64,000 bases of DNA from Azolla caroliniana (taxonomy: Eukaryota > Plantae > Polypodiophyta), in assembly GCA_043228905.1 (NCBI GenBank), contig JBHGNT010000002.1:16244001-16308000 (forward strand), written 5' to 3'. Under the pieces are notes generated by a model, which saw nothing but the letters and a program-made list of their open reading frames with translations, did not search any database and was not told the DNA's origin. The position numbers were made by a program, and so were the translations under genes. Below are positions 1-12,480 of the stretch, one piece after another. The stretch's first letter is position 1. The number at the start of each line of letters is the position of its first letter.

Positions 1-2767
1 TTACTAGAGCTACATCGAGGGAGCTCAGGAAACACAAACCAACCCAACACACGCCAACTACCTAGCGTGGGAGCAGGCCGCGAGCCGCGTGTTTTACTGC
101 CTTGCGTCATGCGTTCATGACCACATGCTTGGCTATATTCAAGATTCGAAAACACCGAAAGAAGCTTGGGGAAACCTCAAGAAGATTTTTGCGGCCAATA
201 GGGCTGCACGAAAGCTCCAACTTCGACAGGAGCTATACAACATGCAACAGAGGGATATGTCGATCACCGACTATACCTTGAAGATCAAGGAGTTGTGTGA
301 CGCCCTCGAATCGATCAATGTCATCATCAATGATGAAGAAATGGTGCAAATATGCCACGGCGGCTTAGCACCACGATTCAACACGATTAGACCGGCCATT
401 CTTGCAAGGGAGAACCCACCTTCCTTTTTCGACCTTCAATCGATATTATTGGTGGAAGAAAACCATGCCTGACAAAGGAGCAATGCATTAGATGGCCAGA
501 TGCTCTACTCTCAGTCGGATGATAGAAGAGGATTCGACCGAGGAAATAGAGGTCGATTTGGCCGAGGGCGACAGGGTTAGTCGACTGGAGAACGCAACTC
601 TCACCAATGGCAAGACGATAGGAGAAATGCTAGAGAGTTCGGCAAAAGGGGGAGCTATCCTGCCGGACCGAGCAATTGTAACAACCCGATCAAATTTGGG
701 TACTGTGGAAAACTCGGTCATTATGAAAAGGAGTGCCGAAAAAAGATATGAGACTCGACTTCGACTAGCCGACAACTCACTAACTACGCATCAAATTCTG
801 ACTACAACGATCAAGGCAGAATGTTTATGATGAGGCACAAAGCACATTTGATGTCTACACAAGCTTCGACTATCACGTCTTCTTCAGACAACGTATGGTT
901 TGTCGACTCGGGAGCATCCAGTCATATGACGTCCCACGAAGATTGGTTTCGAGAACTACGAAAGTCGGCTATGTCGAAACCAGCTATGACACAACTCACT
1001 CGATTCGGCATATCGGAAACATCCCATTCGGGAACGATGGCAAACAAACCTATCTCAAAAACTTCTTGCATGTCCCAACCATCACGAAAAACCTGGTTTC
1101 GGTTAGCCAGATTGTCGAACAAGGTATACAAGTACGATTCAATAATGAAGGGTGCTTCATCGAAAAAGACGATCAAATCTTAGCTCACGGTCATCGAGAA
1201 GGCCGAATGTTCATCCTCGAATCGGAAGAGGTGAAATCGGCTATGTTCGCGAAAGGCGTCAAAGTCGAAACCGACTTGAAACTGTGGCACAAGAGAATCG
1301 ACCACATCAATCTCCAAAAGCTCCAGAACATGCAATCGAAAGGAGTCATAATTGGAATTCTGAACTTTATGGATAGAGAGATTACGAGCATATGCGAAGC
1401 ATGCCAGTTCAGAAAACAACGTTGACATGCATTCCCGAAAGAGAGGAATGTGAGCAACGGGATCCTAGATGTAGTACATTTAGATGTGTGGGAACCAGTC
1501 CAGACGGCAACATTCGGTGGTTGCCGATACTATATCACATTCATCGACGACTTCTCTAGGCACACCTAGATCTAACCAATGAGATAGAAGAGTGAAGTGT
1601 TTGGCCACTTCCAAAGGTTCAAAAATGAAGTCGAAAAAGCCACGGGTCGACACGTACACTGCCTTCAATCGAATGGAGGCAAAGAATATTTTTCGGATGA
1701 GTTTACGACATATCTCCGAAATGAAGGAATACGACGAGAATTCTTGTGCCGACACACACCTCAACAAAACGAAGAAGCCAAACAAAAGAATCGGCACATA
1801 GTAGAGGTGGCAAGGGCCATGATGAACGAGAAGAAACTACCAAAATCGTACTGAGCAGAAGTGGCTAACATAGCCATCTACCTCATGAGCATGTGTAAAA
1901 CCTCAGGGGTACATGACGTCACCCCTCATGAGAAGTTTTTCGAAAAGAAGCCGGATCTATCACAGGTTCGGATATTTGGCTCAATCGTCTATGTACATAT
2001 TCTCGACGAAAAGCGACAAAAGCTTGATCCAAAGTCAGAGAAATGTATCCTCGTAGGGTACTCACTAGAACAAAAGGGGTACAAATGTTACAATCCTTCT
2101 ACTACAAAAGCACGAGTAAGTTGAGACGTCATTTTCGACGAGTCGACATCCTGGTACGAACCAGAGACGACTCCGATTTTGACTCCAATTGACCTGGAAT
2201 CGATCGAACAAGAGATAGAAGAAGAAGATCGACTCAGGTGCATGTTCGAAGAAACTCCGATCACGACTCGATTGAGTGGAGCACAAGAGCCACCGAGCGA
2301 TCGAAACAAATCTTGGCCAAGTCCGAACCTGGACAAAGGCAAGGCCAAAATGCTGGAGTATGAAGATCCGATTGAAATCGAGGCGACTCACTCTGTCGAT
2401 AGTGAGTTTGAAGGCCTTGAAAGCGATCGGTTGTAGATGGATATATAAGGTAAAATACAATGCCGACGGCTCGGTAAATCGCTACAAGGCACGACTCGTA
2501 GCTAACGGATACGTTCGAACACATAGAGTCGATTACGAGGAGACCTTTGCCTCGGTGGCAAAGATGATGATTGTTCGGATAGTTATTGCTCTCATGGTTG
2601 CAAAAGGGTGCCACCTCTATCAGATGGACGTAAAGAACACCTTCCTACAAGGTGATTTAGAAGAGGAGCTTTTCATGGTTCAACCACTCGGTTTCAAATC
2701 GATGAAACACCCAATAGTAGTTTGTCGACTCAAGAAGCCTTTATACAGCCTCAAGCAAGCATCACAT
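1..2767 (+). mobile_element. Ty1/copia retrotransposon internal region (gag, protease, integrase, start of RT); degenerate and truncated
   Basis: gag (KEAWGNLKKIF...RKLQLRQEL), protease WFVDSGASSHM, integrase LWHKR...CEACQ, and RT GCRWIYKVKYNADGSVNRYKARLVA, with several stops and frameshifts. An internal deletion near 2415 joins the post-integrase region to RT. The element is cut at 2767 by the next one. Confidence 0.95.
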
Positions 2768-4447
2768 TGTCGTGATGTGGTGTGCTCGAGTGTGGGAAAA
2801 ACCGATGAAAGGGGGGGTCAAAATGTGCATGTGCAATGTGTGTGCACACAAAGGCAATTAATTGTGCACATGCAAAAGAAAAGGGAAAAGAAATGGTGGA
2901 AAGGAGGTATAGAAACTCGTATAAAAAGTAAGAGAGAGGAGAGATAAAAAGTAGAGAGGAGACAGGCTCTAAATTTCTAGATATCGAATTATATATTATA
3001 TAATAGAGAGTTAATGGGCTAGTGGATAGACATATTGACTCCTATCTAAAGGTGCACGGTTGAAATGCCGTCTTACAATGCAACGTGATTTAAGGAATTT
3101 TATTCCTTTTGCATTAAAGATGAATGTGGCAACCCTCCTTCCTTTTTTTCCTATAAAAGGAGGTCGAGGGGGTTTCATTTGGGAGGACGTTTTGGGAGAA
3201 GGAGACTATCGCCATTTTTCTTTCGGAGCTCTTCATCTTCATCTTCACCATTTTTTTCATCTCATACCCCTTCATCCCCTCATCGCCATGTGCTCGTCTT
3301 CTTCGTGTTGGCACTCGATCAGGTAGTTTATGGTGCTCGTGAGCCTGAGCCTCGTTGGTTCGACGTTGCTTCGCCTCCGTTTGTCGTTGCGAGCCCGTGT
3401 GCTCATGGTTCAGGTGGTCGTGGTTCGTTGTGGTCGGCATTTTTGTGGTGTGGTGTGGTCGTCTTCTTCGTGTTCGTGCTCCGTGTTCGGATTTGCTCTT
3501 GTCTCTAAGGGCATTTAGTATTTATGTTTTGTTGAGCTTGTGGTTAACTAGAAGTTGCCACATTGTAATCAAACCCTATTTTATAAAGGGCACTCTTGCA
3601 TTGCAATCAAACTTATATATCTACTTCTTTAGCCAATGTCATTCATGTTTTCTTTCTTTAATTCTCGTCTCCTTGTACGTTTGGCCGTCTTGTGTCGAGG
3701 GAGCATTTCGGGCATGCCCATGCACCTCTCCTCCTCATAAAGGCGTACGGGCATTTGTGTGTGTGTTTGTGTCTTCCTTGTACATTCGACCGTCTTGTGA
3801 TGAGGGTGCATTTCGGGCGTGCCCATGCACCTCTCCTCCTCATAAAGGCGTACGAGCATTCGTGTGTGTGTTTTGTGTCTTCCTTGTACGCTCAACTGTC
3901 TTGTGACGAGGGAGCGTTCGGGCTTGCCCATGCACCTCTCCTCCTCATAAAGGCGTATGAGCATTAATGCGCGTGTTTTGTGTCTTCCTTGTACGTTTGG
4001 CGTCTTGTGACGAGGGAGTGTTCGGGCTTGCCCATGCGCCTCTCCTCCTCATATAGGTGTATGGGCGTTCGTGTTTGTATTCTTGTCCCTTTCCTTGTAC
4101 GTTCGGCGTCTTGTGATGAGGGAGCATTCGGGCGTGCCCATGCACCTCTCCTCCTCATAAAGACGTACATACATTCGTGTTTGCGTTCTCGTCCCCTTGT
4201 ACGTTCATTTTGCGTGCTCATCTTTGCTTGTACCCATTTGATCACTTGGCTCGTGCGGTGATCTCAAAAACTCGATGAGTCGTGATCAACAAAAGCCAGC
4301 AGCCCCACAAAAGGGGCAACGAGCCCTTGCTCGGGAAGTAGTCTTGTCGTAAAGCAAACCTCGGGTCTTCTCTATCCCTTCGTACTCCCTAGTCCAAGAC
4401 CCTCGCGGTCCCGCCCAAGTAACACACACACGCGAAACTTCGCGACA
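2768..4447 (+). repeat. 5' LTR (TGTCGTGA...TCGCGACA)
   Basis: Inverted termini, TATA-like ctataaaagg near 3151, and a PBS 5 nt downstream. Confidence 0.9.
3671..4205. repeat. Tandem repeat of about 105 bp, 5 copies, inside the LTR
   Basis: The unit ccttgtac...gcccatgcacctctcctcctcataaagg recurs at 3671, 3776, 3882, 3987 and 4093, with a partial copy at 4195. Confidence 0.95.
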
Positions 4448-4452
4448 TAAAT

Positions 4453-4470
4453 TGGTGAACCCGACGTGAA
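4453..4470 (+). promoter_or_regulatory. Primer-binding site complementary to the tRNA-Trp 3' end
   Basis: TGGTGAACCCGACGTGAA is the reverse complement of ...UUCACGUCGGGUUCACCA, which I recall as the plant tRNA-Trp 3' end. Confidence 0.8.
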
Positions 4471-5089
4471 AGGGCGGCAAGGGAGATCCAAGATGTGACG
4501 AGGAGAACTTGTTGAAGCAATGGCGATGACGGGGGACCGCTTGGTAAATGCCCGAGAAGGCATCACCGGCTTGGACTGGGCCATAGAGATGGTGGTCAAC
4601 ACAACGGGTCGGTTCAACGAAAGAGATACGATGTGCTACTTGGATGCCTATAAGGCCTAAATGCTTATGCGAAATGTCCCCGAAGAAAGACGGTTAATCA
4701 GATTCACTAAAGTGGTAACGCACAATATCCACGCAGAGGTACTCGAGATCCAAGCAGATTGTTGCAATTGGGAGGAGTTCGAAGAAAGACTCCTCGAGAA
4801 GTACGACCTTGATGACTCACTCAGAATTTTTAAAAGGGATCTAATGGAGTGGGTTGAGCTTCTCGGCAAGGGGAGAAATACTATGGCACTTCTACAAGAA
4901 TTTGAGAAGCGCTTTGCGCGACTCTCGGCTCTTGATAGGACAGTGCTTGACACAAGCAAGGTTCTACTATTCATAAAAGTTGTTTATGCACGAGACCGAG
5001 AGAAGGTGGGGCTCCTCCTCAAAACTAATGATGGTCTCACTACGGATTGGGCTATGGTAAAACAGGTTTGTAGTCGCTTTGATAATATA

Positions 5090-7176
5090 AGGGATTGGAA
5101 CGACGGGTTTCCGTTGAGCGGCCAAACATCCACATGCTCCATTAGTGAGACAAACGAACCTAGGGGTGGTAGAGCACCTCAAGAAAGAGAGCAAGCAAAT
5201 GCAAGGTTCATCCCCGAGAGAAACGCGGTTGAAGCACCGTCTGGAAGGTCGGCAATAGAGGAGCTCAGATGGTGCGAGATCTCCAAATAGTGCAAGCTAG
5301 GAGAGAGAGTGGCGGCCCTCAAGATTGACGTCCCCCATTTGCGCAAAGATGTATGTGGTGCGATAATCCCGACCACCTACGAAGGGAGTGTGGAGACTTT
5401 CAAGAGGCCCTAAGAAGGAATAGTGTCTATCTTTGGAACAATAGGGTCTATTCGATGGAGACAAGGCGCCCCTTGGGATTGAATCAAGGCCGAGGGGGGC
5501 ATGAGAAGGCTAATGGAGGAGGCCAAAGCACGACATGTTGAAGCCGTCCACTACTTAGTGTCGGCTGGGATCCAAGCGGGGAAAGAGGTGAGGAGGCAAG
5601 AGGAGAAAGAGATTGACTTTTAGCCGTCAATCCTTGGAAGCCTCTCTAGGGGAAAGTTCAAAAGAGAAGAAGTGGATGAAGCGGAAAGAAGGATCCAAGA
5701 AGCAACCGGGTGGAAGGATCCGGTGGAAGAAAAGACAGGCTTAGTGGAAGCCGCTTGCCAAAACTATGAAGTAACGGTAGAAGAGAAGAAGGTAGGAAAT
5801 GACGAGGGAGCCGGTTTATCAAGGACATACGACACTCGAGGTGCGCGAAGAAGGGAAGACTCGAACTAGTCTAAAGCATGTGATGAAAGATGGAAAGAGA
5901 AGGGGAACCCCCCCCCCCCCCCCCCCAACTTCAAGCTTTGCTCGCAAATCGAACAAGCAACGGTTCACAAAGGCAATTAATTGTGCACATGCAAAAGAAA
6001 AGGGAAAAGAAAGGGTGGAAAGGAGGGAATGGAACGACAGGTTTCCGTTGAGCGGCCAAACATCCATAGGCTCCATTAGTGAGACACATGAACCTAGGGG
6101 TGGTAGAGCACCTCAAGAAAGAGAGCAAGCAAATGCAAGGTTCGTCCCCGAGAGAAACGTGGTTGAAGCACTGTTTGGAAGGTCGGCAATAGAGGAGCTC
6201 AGATGGTGCAAGATCTCCAAATAGTGCAAGCTAGGAGAGAGAGTGGTGGACCTCAAGATCGACGTCCCCCATTTGTGCGAAGATGTATGTGGTGCGACAA
6301 TCCCGACCACCTACGAAGGGAGTGTGGAAACTTTCAAGAGGCCCTAAGAAGGAATATTGTCTATCTTTGGAACAATAGGGTCTATTCAATGGAGACAAGG
6401 CGCCCCTTGGGATTGAATCAAGGCCGAGGGGGCATGAGAAGGCTAATGGAGGAAGTCGAAGCATGACATGTTGAAGTCGTCCACTACTCGGTGTCGGCTG
6501 GGATTCGAGTGGGGAAAGAGGTGAGGAGGCAAGAGGATTATGTTACACTTACGTGTTCCTCGAGTAGCTTTGATGTGAACCATTTTCCCTATACATGGGC
6601 ACTTTTTACTCTAGTGTTGGCTAGAGGTTTTTTCCCCGTGTTACCACATACATAAGTCACTCATATGTGGTGGTACTTACTACTTAGGGATATATATTTC
6701 AGCTCTTACTAGGTTTGAATAATTCATCAATAGAGAGAGCTATTCCAACCATTGCCTTCTTTTTGTGTGTGATTCTTGTCTGAGGTTCTTGTGTGTGCTT
6801 CTTATGTGTTTCTCACTCTTCCTCACACACCCAACAAATTAAGAGATTGACTTTTGGCCGTCAATCCTTGGAAGCCTCTCTAGGGGAAAGTTCAAAAGAG
6901 ATGAAGCAGAAAGAAGGGTCCAAGAAGCAACCGGGTGGAAGGATCCGGTGGAAGAAAAGACAGGCTTAGTGGAAGCCGCTTGCCAAAACTATGAAGTAAT
7001 GGTAGAAGAGAAGAAGGTAGGAAATGACGAGGGAGCCGGTTTATCAAGGAAATACGACACTTGAGGTGCGCGAAGAAGGGAAGAGCTGAACCAGTCTCAA
7101 GCACGCGATGAAAGATGGAAAGAGAAGGGGAACCCCCCCAACTTCAAGATTTGCTCGCAAACTGAACAAGCAACGG
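5090..7176 (+). repeat. Internal tandem duplication of about 870 bp of gag (5090-5963 and 6024-7176)
   Basis: Near-identical sequence from agggattggaacgac to gaacaagcaacgg. The second copy is interrupted by a solo LTR. Confidence 0.95.
6541..6836. mobile_element. Solo LTR of about 296 bp
   Basis: TGTT...AACA ends, flanks gatta/aatta (5-bp TSD with one mismatch), and absent from the first duplicate copy. Confidence 0.8.
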
Positions 7177-7855
7177 ACTTGAAGAAGGTAGTGGAGGAAA
7201 GGATCCTCGATAGTCGTGTAGAGTTTACTCTACGAGAGGTCCTCGGATTTGCCAAGAAAGAATTCCACGAGGTCATCATCGACCTAATGAAAAGGAAGCG
7301 GCTCTCGACGGAGCAAGAAGTGGCAAAGCCCGCGATTGTAAATGCATTGTCAACTGAGGTGCCCGAGGAAGATGAAGACTATGCGGACAATCACTACATG
7401 AGGTTGCATTGGGCGAGAGCGACAACGGAGACACCGGTACGGGTCGGAGATGTAAAAGAGCCGGTTGTAGCATTGATCGACCATGGCTCTGAGATCAACC
7501 TTATGTCCGTGGACGTTTATAAAAAGGGAAAGTGGCCGATCAACACGAAGCACGGGTGGAAGATTAGAGTGGTGACCCGAGCAACCGAGGAGCTATACGG
7601 GGCTTGCTCGAATGTACGGGTGAAGGTGGGGGATGTAGAAATGGATCAACATTTCTTCGTTCAAGATACGTCGTCGCACCCGGTTATCTTGGGTGAACCA
7701 TACATCACAGCAGTTCGCATGGAGACGAAGGTGCTAGACAACGGGTCAGCATATGCGAGGGTCAAGAGCTAAGATGGAAAGCATTCGGTCCAATTCCTTA
7801 CGGTGAGGCCCAACCATGAGTGCAATCGAGCCTCCCTCAAAGTGGAGAGCCGAGA

Positions 7856-10612
7856 GGATTTTTGATGCGGGCTATTAAAGAGTGGTAGTGGCTGATCCTA
7901 ACTTGTGGGACCCACAAGGCATAGGGCACCGGTTCACCAACGAGACGCGACAGAAGCTCCAAATTGGTGGAGGTGGCTTCCTATTGCCTAGGGAGGAGGA
8001 GAGATTTAGAAGGATGATCGAAAGCCACGGAAGGGTTTTCGCCTTCTCGGCGGGTGAGATAGGGTGTGTAAACCCTAAGATCATGGAGCCAATGGTGATC
8101 TTTATGGTACCGCATGGACCGTGGAACATCAAACCAATCCCGGTTCCAAGAGCTCACATCCCGAAGTTGATTGAGCTACTCAAGGAAAAGATCGAGATGG
8201 GTATCCTCGAGCCATCAGGTGCCCCATACTCGAATTGGTGGTTCACTTTGCCAAAGAAGAACGACACGTTACGCTTCATCCAAGACCTACAACCTTTTAA
8301 TCAAGTGATAATTCGAAATGCAAGGGTCGGGCCGAGCGTTGACGAATTTGCCGAGGCCTTCATTGGAAGGTCTATTTATTCGATCGGTGATCTATACTCG
8401 GGGTATGATCAATTCCAACTAGCTGTGGAGAGTAGGGACATCACGATGATGTGGACCCCTATTGGCCTAGTGCGAATGTGAACCTTGCCACAAGGAGGCA
8501 CTAACTCTGTAGCCCACATGGTAAATGCAATGAACAAGGTATTGAGAGATTGCATCCCCGATATCACCATGCCATTCTTTGATGACATCCCCATAAAAGG
8601 GTGCTCTGAAGAGGAGAAAGATGAAACCTTGGACGAGGATGGGTGAAAATGTTTTGTGGCAGATCACATCTCCAATTGCAAGAAGGTTCTACAAAGACTC
8701 GAAGATGCACGCTTGAACTTCTCAGGTGAGAAATTGACATTCGGCCAATCGGAGATTCTTGTGGTTAGACACGTCTGTGGGGCATATGGACAGAAGCCAT
8801 CCCCGGCAAAGGTGGACGCCATCACAAACATGAGGGAAGAATGTAAATTGCAGACAGAGGTGAGGCGATTTCTTGGTGCCTGTGCATTCTACCATATTTG
8901 GATCCCACACTACACTCACCTAGTTGAGCCTTTGTATGGGCTACTCAAGAAGGGGCGGAAGTTCAAGTGGGAGGAAGAGCACACAAAGGCAATGAAGATC
9001 CTCAAAAGGAATGTTGGTAGCGGCTCCAGCTTTACGAAAACCCGTATACAAGGAAGGGGTGCCCATCTACGTGATGGTAGATACGAGTCCAATAGGGATC
9101 GGATGGGTCATCAACCAAGAAGGGGAGGATGGTGCACGCTACGCCATCCGGTTCGGAGCCAAGATCTTAAGTGAGCGACAATGAGGATACTCCCAAGTAA
9201 AACGTGAGCTTTGGGGTATTGTGTCCACAGTGAAGGCGGATAAAGATTACCTAATTGGGTCAAAGGTGGTAATAGAGATGGATTGCCTTCCAATCCTAGG
9301 GATGGTTTCAGGATGTGCAACATTTGACTTAGCTATGCTAAGATGGATTGCTTACATCAAATCAATGAACCCGGAGATTCACCACATTTTAGGGAAGAAC
9401 AATGCCATGACAGATATGCTATCGAGGGCACGATTCGAGGGCAAAAGCGACATGGTATCTAAAAATGAGGAGATCGCTCTTGACTTCTTTAAGATGGCCC
9501 AAGCGTTTATAGATGATTGAGATGCGCGATTACTCCACGCCTTAAACAAAAGGGAATACGAAGGGGAGTGGCTACACATTGGCAAGTTCTTAAGCTCAAT
9601 GACGGTGAGAGTTCATGGTCGAAGGAGGAAGCACAGAGAGTCCAAAAGAAAGCGTACAAGTACTTCCTACGAGGGGGATTCCTCTGGAGGCACCCGAAGA
9701 GAAGGACAGGGACGCCACAATGAGTGGTCATCAAGGAAGAGGACCAACCAACATTGGTGTCTGAGTTCCATGAGAGTCCTTGGGCGGGCCATAGAGGAAC
9801 GTGGGCAACATTCAAGAAGTTAAAGGAGAAGTACTGGTGGCCGGGAATGTACAAGGATGTCGCCCATTTCGTGGGGACGTGTGAAAGCTGCCAGATACAT
9901 TCAAACATACGCCATAGGGATGAGTTGCACCCGACCTACCCACTCACCATACACTTCAAATGGATGGTGGATTTGGTTTCGATGCCTATGGGAGTGGGCC
10001 AAATGAAATATTTGGTGCTAGCAAGAGAAGACCTAACAAACTAGGTAGAAGGGCGAGCCTTAGCATACAAAACAACAGCGGGGGTGTGTAAATTCTTACT
10101 CGAAGATGTCATCTGATGGTACGGATGTGTGGGAAAGATAGTGGCCGACAGAGGAGAGTTGAACGCTCACAAAGCTATAGAGCTCTTTGAACGACTTGGA
10201 GTGATGCTCTCTCTCACGACCGCTTATAACCCGGAGGCTAATGGAAAGATAGAATGCGGACACGGGCCTATCGTCAAAGCCATTGTAAGAGCTTGCAATG
10301 GGTGAGTCGGGAACTGGGCTTGGTTACTACCTTATGCCATGTGGGCCGATAGAACAACTCACAACTCAGTTATAGGTTTCATGCCAACTGAACTCATGTA
10401 CGAACAAAAGCCAGTGATGCCCATTGAAGACATGATCGCGTCATGGGTAGCGATGCTGTGGGAAAATGAGATGAGTCGAGAAGAGCTTCTAGCAACAAGG
10501 ATAAGGCAACTTGAGAGAATACCCGAAGACTTGGAGTTGGTGGAGGAGAGGTTAGAAGTGGCTAGGCTAAGTAACAAAGCCCGATTCAACAAGACACACC
10601 GACTAAGACAAA
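7856..10612 (+). pseudogene. pol: pol (RT-RNase H-integrase), degenerate
   Basis: ORFs 7882-8481, 8656-9174, 9221-9520, 9724-10044 and 10339-10620. Confidence 0.92.
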
Positions 10613-11130
10613 GACGATGATGAGAAGAAACTAAGAGATAGAGATGGCAAGGAAGATAGAAAACAAAGGGATGTTGATGATGGTAACTTTAGAACCAATG
10701 ACGGTGACGATGGTAACTCCAGAAGTAAGGGCGATGATGAAGACGGGTAATGCTTCCAGTTGGAAGGGATTCAAACTGTCACGAACACACCAACTGCGGA
10801 CTCGGACGGAGCATGAATGACAAGGCTACGAGGAACTTCAGAAGCTAGCAACGACGTAAGAGAATGAAGACAGAGATGAAGGAGACAAGATGGAATGAAA
10901 TGAGAATACTAGATTGATGTGTCAATGACTGGTGTTGAATCCCTTGAAAGGGACAAAGGAGGTTACAAGTATTTATACTTTGAGTCGAAGTACATGCATT
11001 AGAATATTTTGGAGATTATTCGGGAGAATATTCTAGAATCCTCTAGAACCTTCTAGTTCTAGAACTTTCTAAAAAATCCTAGGACTTCAAATTGATAATC
11101 TACTAATAATCTACTAAGATATATATAACA
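10613..11130 (-). mobile_element. 5' LTR (10777-11130) plus leader of a putatively self-priming gypsy element (Tf1/Tcn1-like)
   Basis: Minus-strand TGTTA...GTGACA LTR with TATAAATA at 10977-10970. The PBS position holds TTGAATCCCTT, which is complementary to AAGGGATTCAA located 32 nt after the TATA box. Confidence 0.7.
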
Positions 11131-11867
11131 TGATCATATATTTGGATGTGTTGGTTAGAACACAACACTTTGTTGGCCGGCAAAGACTCAAAAGCCGGAT
11201 TAAGTCCAGAATGGGGAAGGGATAATTTATCTATAATTATTATTATTTTGAGAAACGAACGGACGGACCCGGATCCGGACCGATTCGTAGCGGGTTGCCG
11301 GTTGGCACCCAAAGCCAGTGACCTATAAAAGGACCTGGCTATATTGTAATCAATCAGTGGTTAATTAATGAAAGTCTTGTTTTGCTACGTATTGTTAATC
11401 GTTAAAAGCTTCTAGTTAATTACCATTCTATACTTAATCTAATCTATCTTACGAGTGTATTATGATCATTAACCACACCTGTTAATAGCCGGTTAGGGAT
11501 ACATTTACGTTACGGTCTGCGTCTACCCCAATTGCACCACCATTTGGTGAAGTGTCCTAGGGGGACACCGTGTTAGGGTTAGTCCGGCCCAAGGCATAAC
11601 ACAGTTTTTGGCAACCACGACTCCTGCTCAAACGCAGTGAACAACGGGGGGCATGGATGACTAGACCAACAAACGACCCAGCAACAGAGCGAGTGAGACG
11701 ACTTGTCAAAAGACTGCGGAAGTGTGAAGTGTACCACCAAGCGTGGATCGATCCTTTTCCAAGGTGATCTGGCAGGTGGTCGCAAAGTCACTCTGTTTGC
11801 AGCAAAATTCCCACCTAGATGAAGGAAGCAGTTTAAGTTGACAGGAATACACGCTCTGATACCAGTT

Positions 11868-12480
11868 TGACAGGAATACATGCTCCCTAAGCACAACGCT
11901 CGGCCACAACCGAGCCTAGGATCAAACATAGAAAACGGGTAATGCAAGCACGACACAATGAAGAGAAGAGTACATAGGATGTTAATGTGGAAAACCCAAA
12001 CTACGGAAAAACCACGACAACCCACAGACTACAAACTATCACTATATCACAATGTACAGTAGTAAAGCACCGAGGCAACGACCTCGAGCTTGCTATCTTC
12101 GTCACAGGCGGCGGTTACAACAGAATCAACGAACTCTCCCTCTCTCTCTCTCTCTGTGTGTACACAGTTACTCTCTCACAATTGCGACAATGACAAATGA
12201 CTACGCACATACTAAGTTTGCCCTAAGTCATATTTATACTAATATGACTTTTCGGCTATTTACAAATATAGCCCCAATGGACTCTCAGGAAAATATTTAC
12301 AAATATGTCCCTTCATCTTGTGAGCATTTCTCACCGGGCCTTCACCATCCGGCCCTTGCCGGGCACTCGTCATCCGGTTCTCACCAGGTCTTCCGTTGCC
12401 GGGTACTCCTCATCCGGTTCTCACCGGGTCTTCTATTGCCGGGTACTCCTATCCCATCCGGAGGGATCTGTTTCCTAACA
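11868..12480 (-). repeat. Copia 3' LTR
   Basis: Homologous to 23671-24282, contains about 40-bp ccggttctcacc sub-repeats, and has the PPT adjacent. Confidence 0.93.

Larger units (their letters stand above)
4520..7865 (+). pseudogene. gag: gag-protease ORF, disrupted by a duplication, a solo LTR and stops
   Basis: ORFs 4661-5290, 5353-5541 and 7179-7772; the frame ends GAG GAT TTT TGA (EDF*). Confidence 0.9.
2768..10612 (+). mobile_element. Ty3/gypsy retrotransposon primed by tRNA-Trp (5' LTR, gag-PR, RT-RH-INT), 3'-truncated
   Basis: LTR, then PBS, gag with a CMWCDNPDHLRREC knuckle, protease ALIDHGSEINL, RT DLYSGYDQ/PQGGTNS/FFDDIPIKG, RNase H, and integrase HESPWAGH...CESCQ. Confidence 0.95.

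Noticed and set aside
3671-4205. Regular repeats here and at 18809-19130 and 62675-63032 as a CRISPR array
   Set aside because: The units are head-to-tail with no unique spacers, there are no cas genes, and the context is eukaryotic TE sequence.
11147-11235. Possible tRNA-like A/B boxes (TGGTTAGAAC...GATTAAGTCC)
   Set aside because: Both boxes are degenerate, the spacing is long, and there is only one copy.
11604-11867. Tandem copia elements sharing one LTR (PBS after the 3' LTR)
   Set aside because: The TAAGT TSD sits right after the 29-bp extension, and the following sequence does not match the copia leader or gag.
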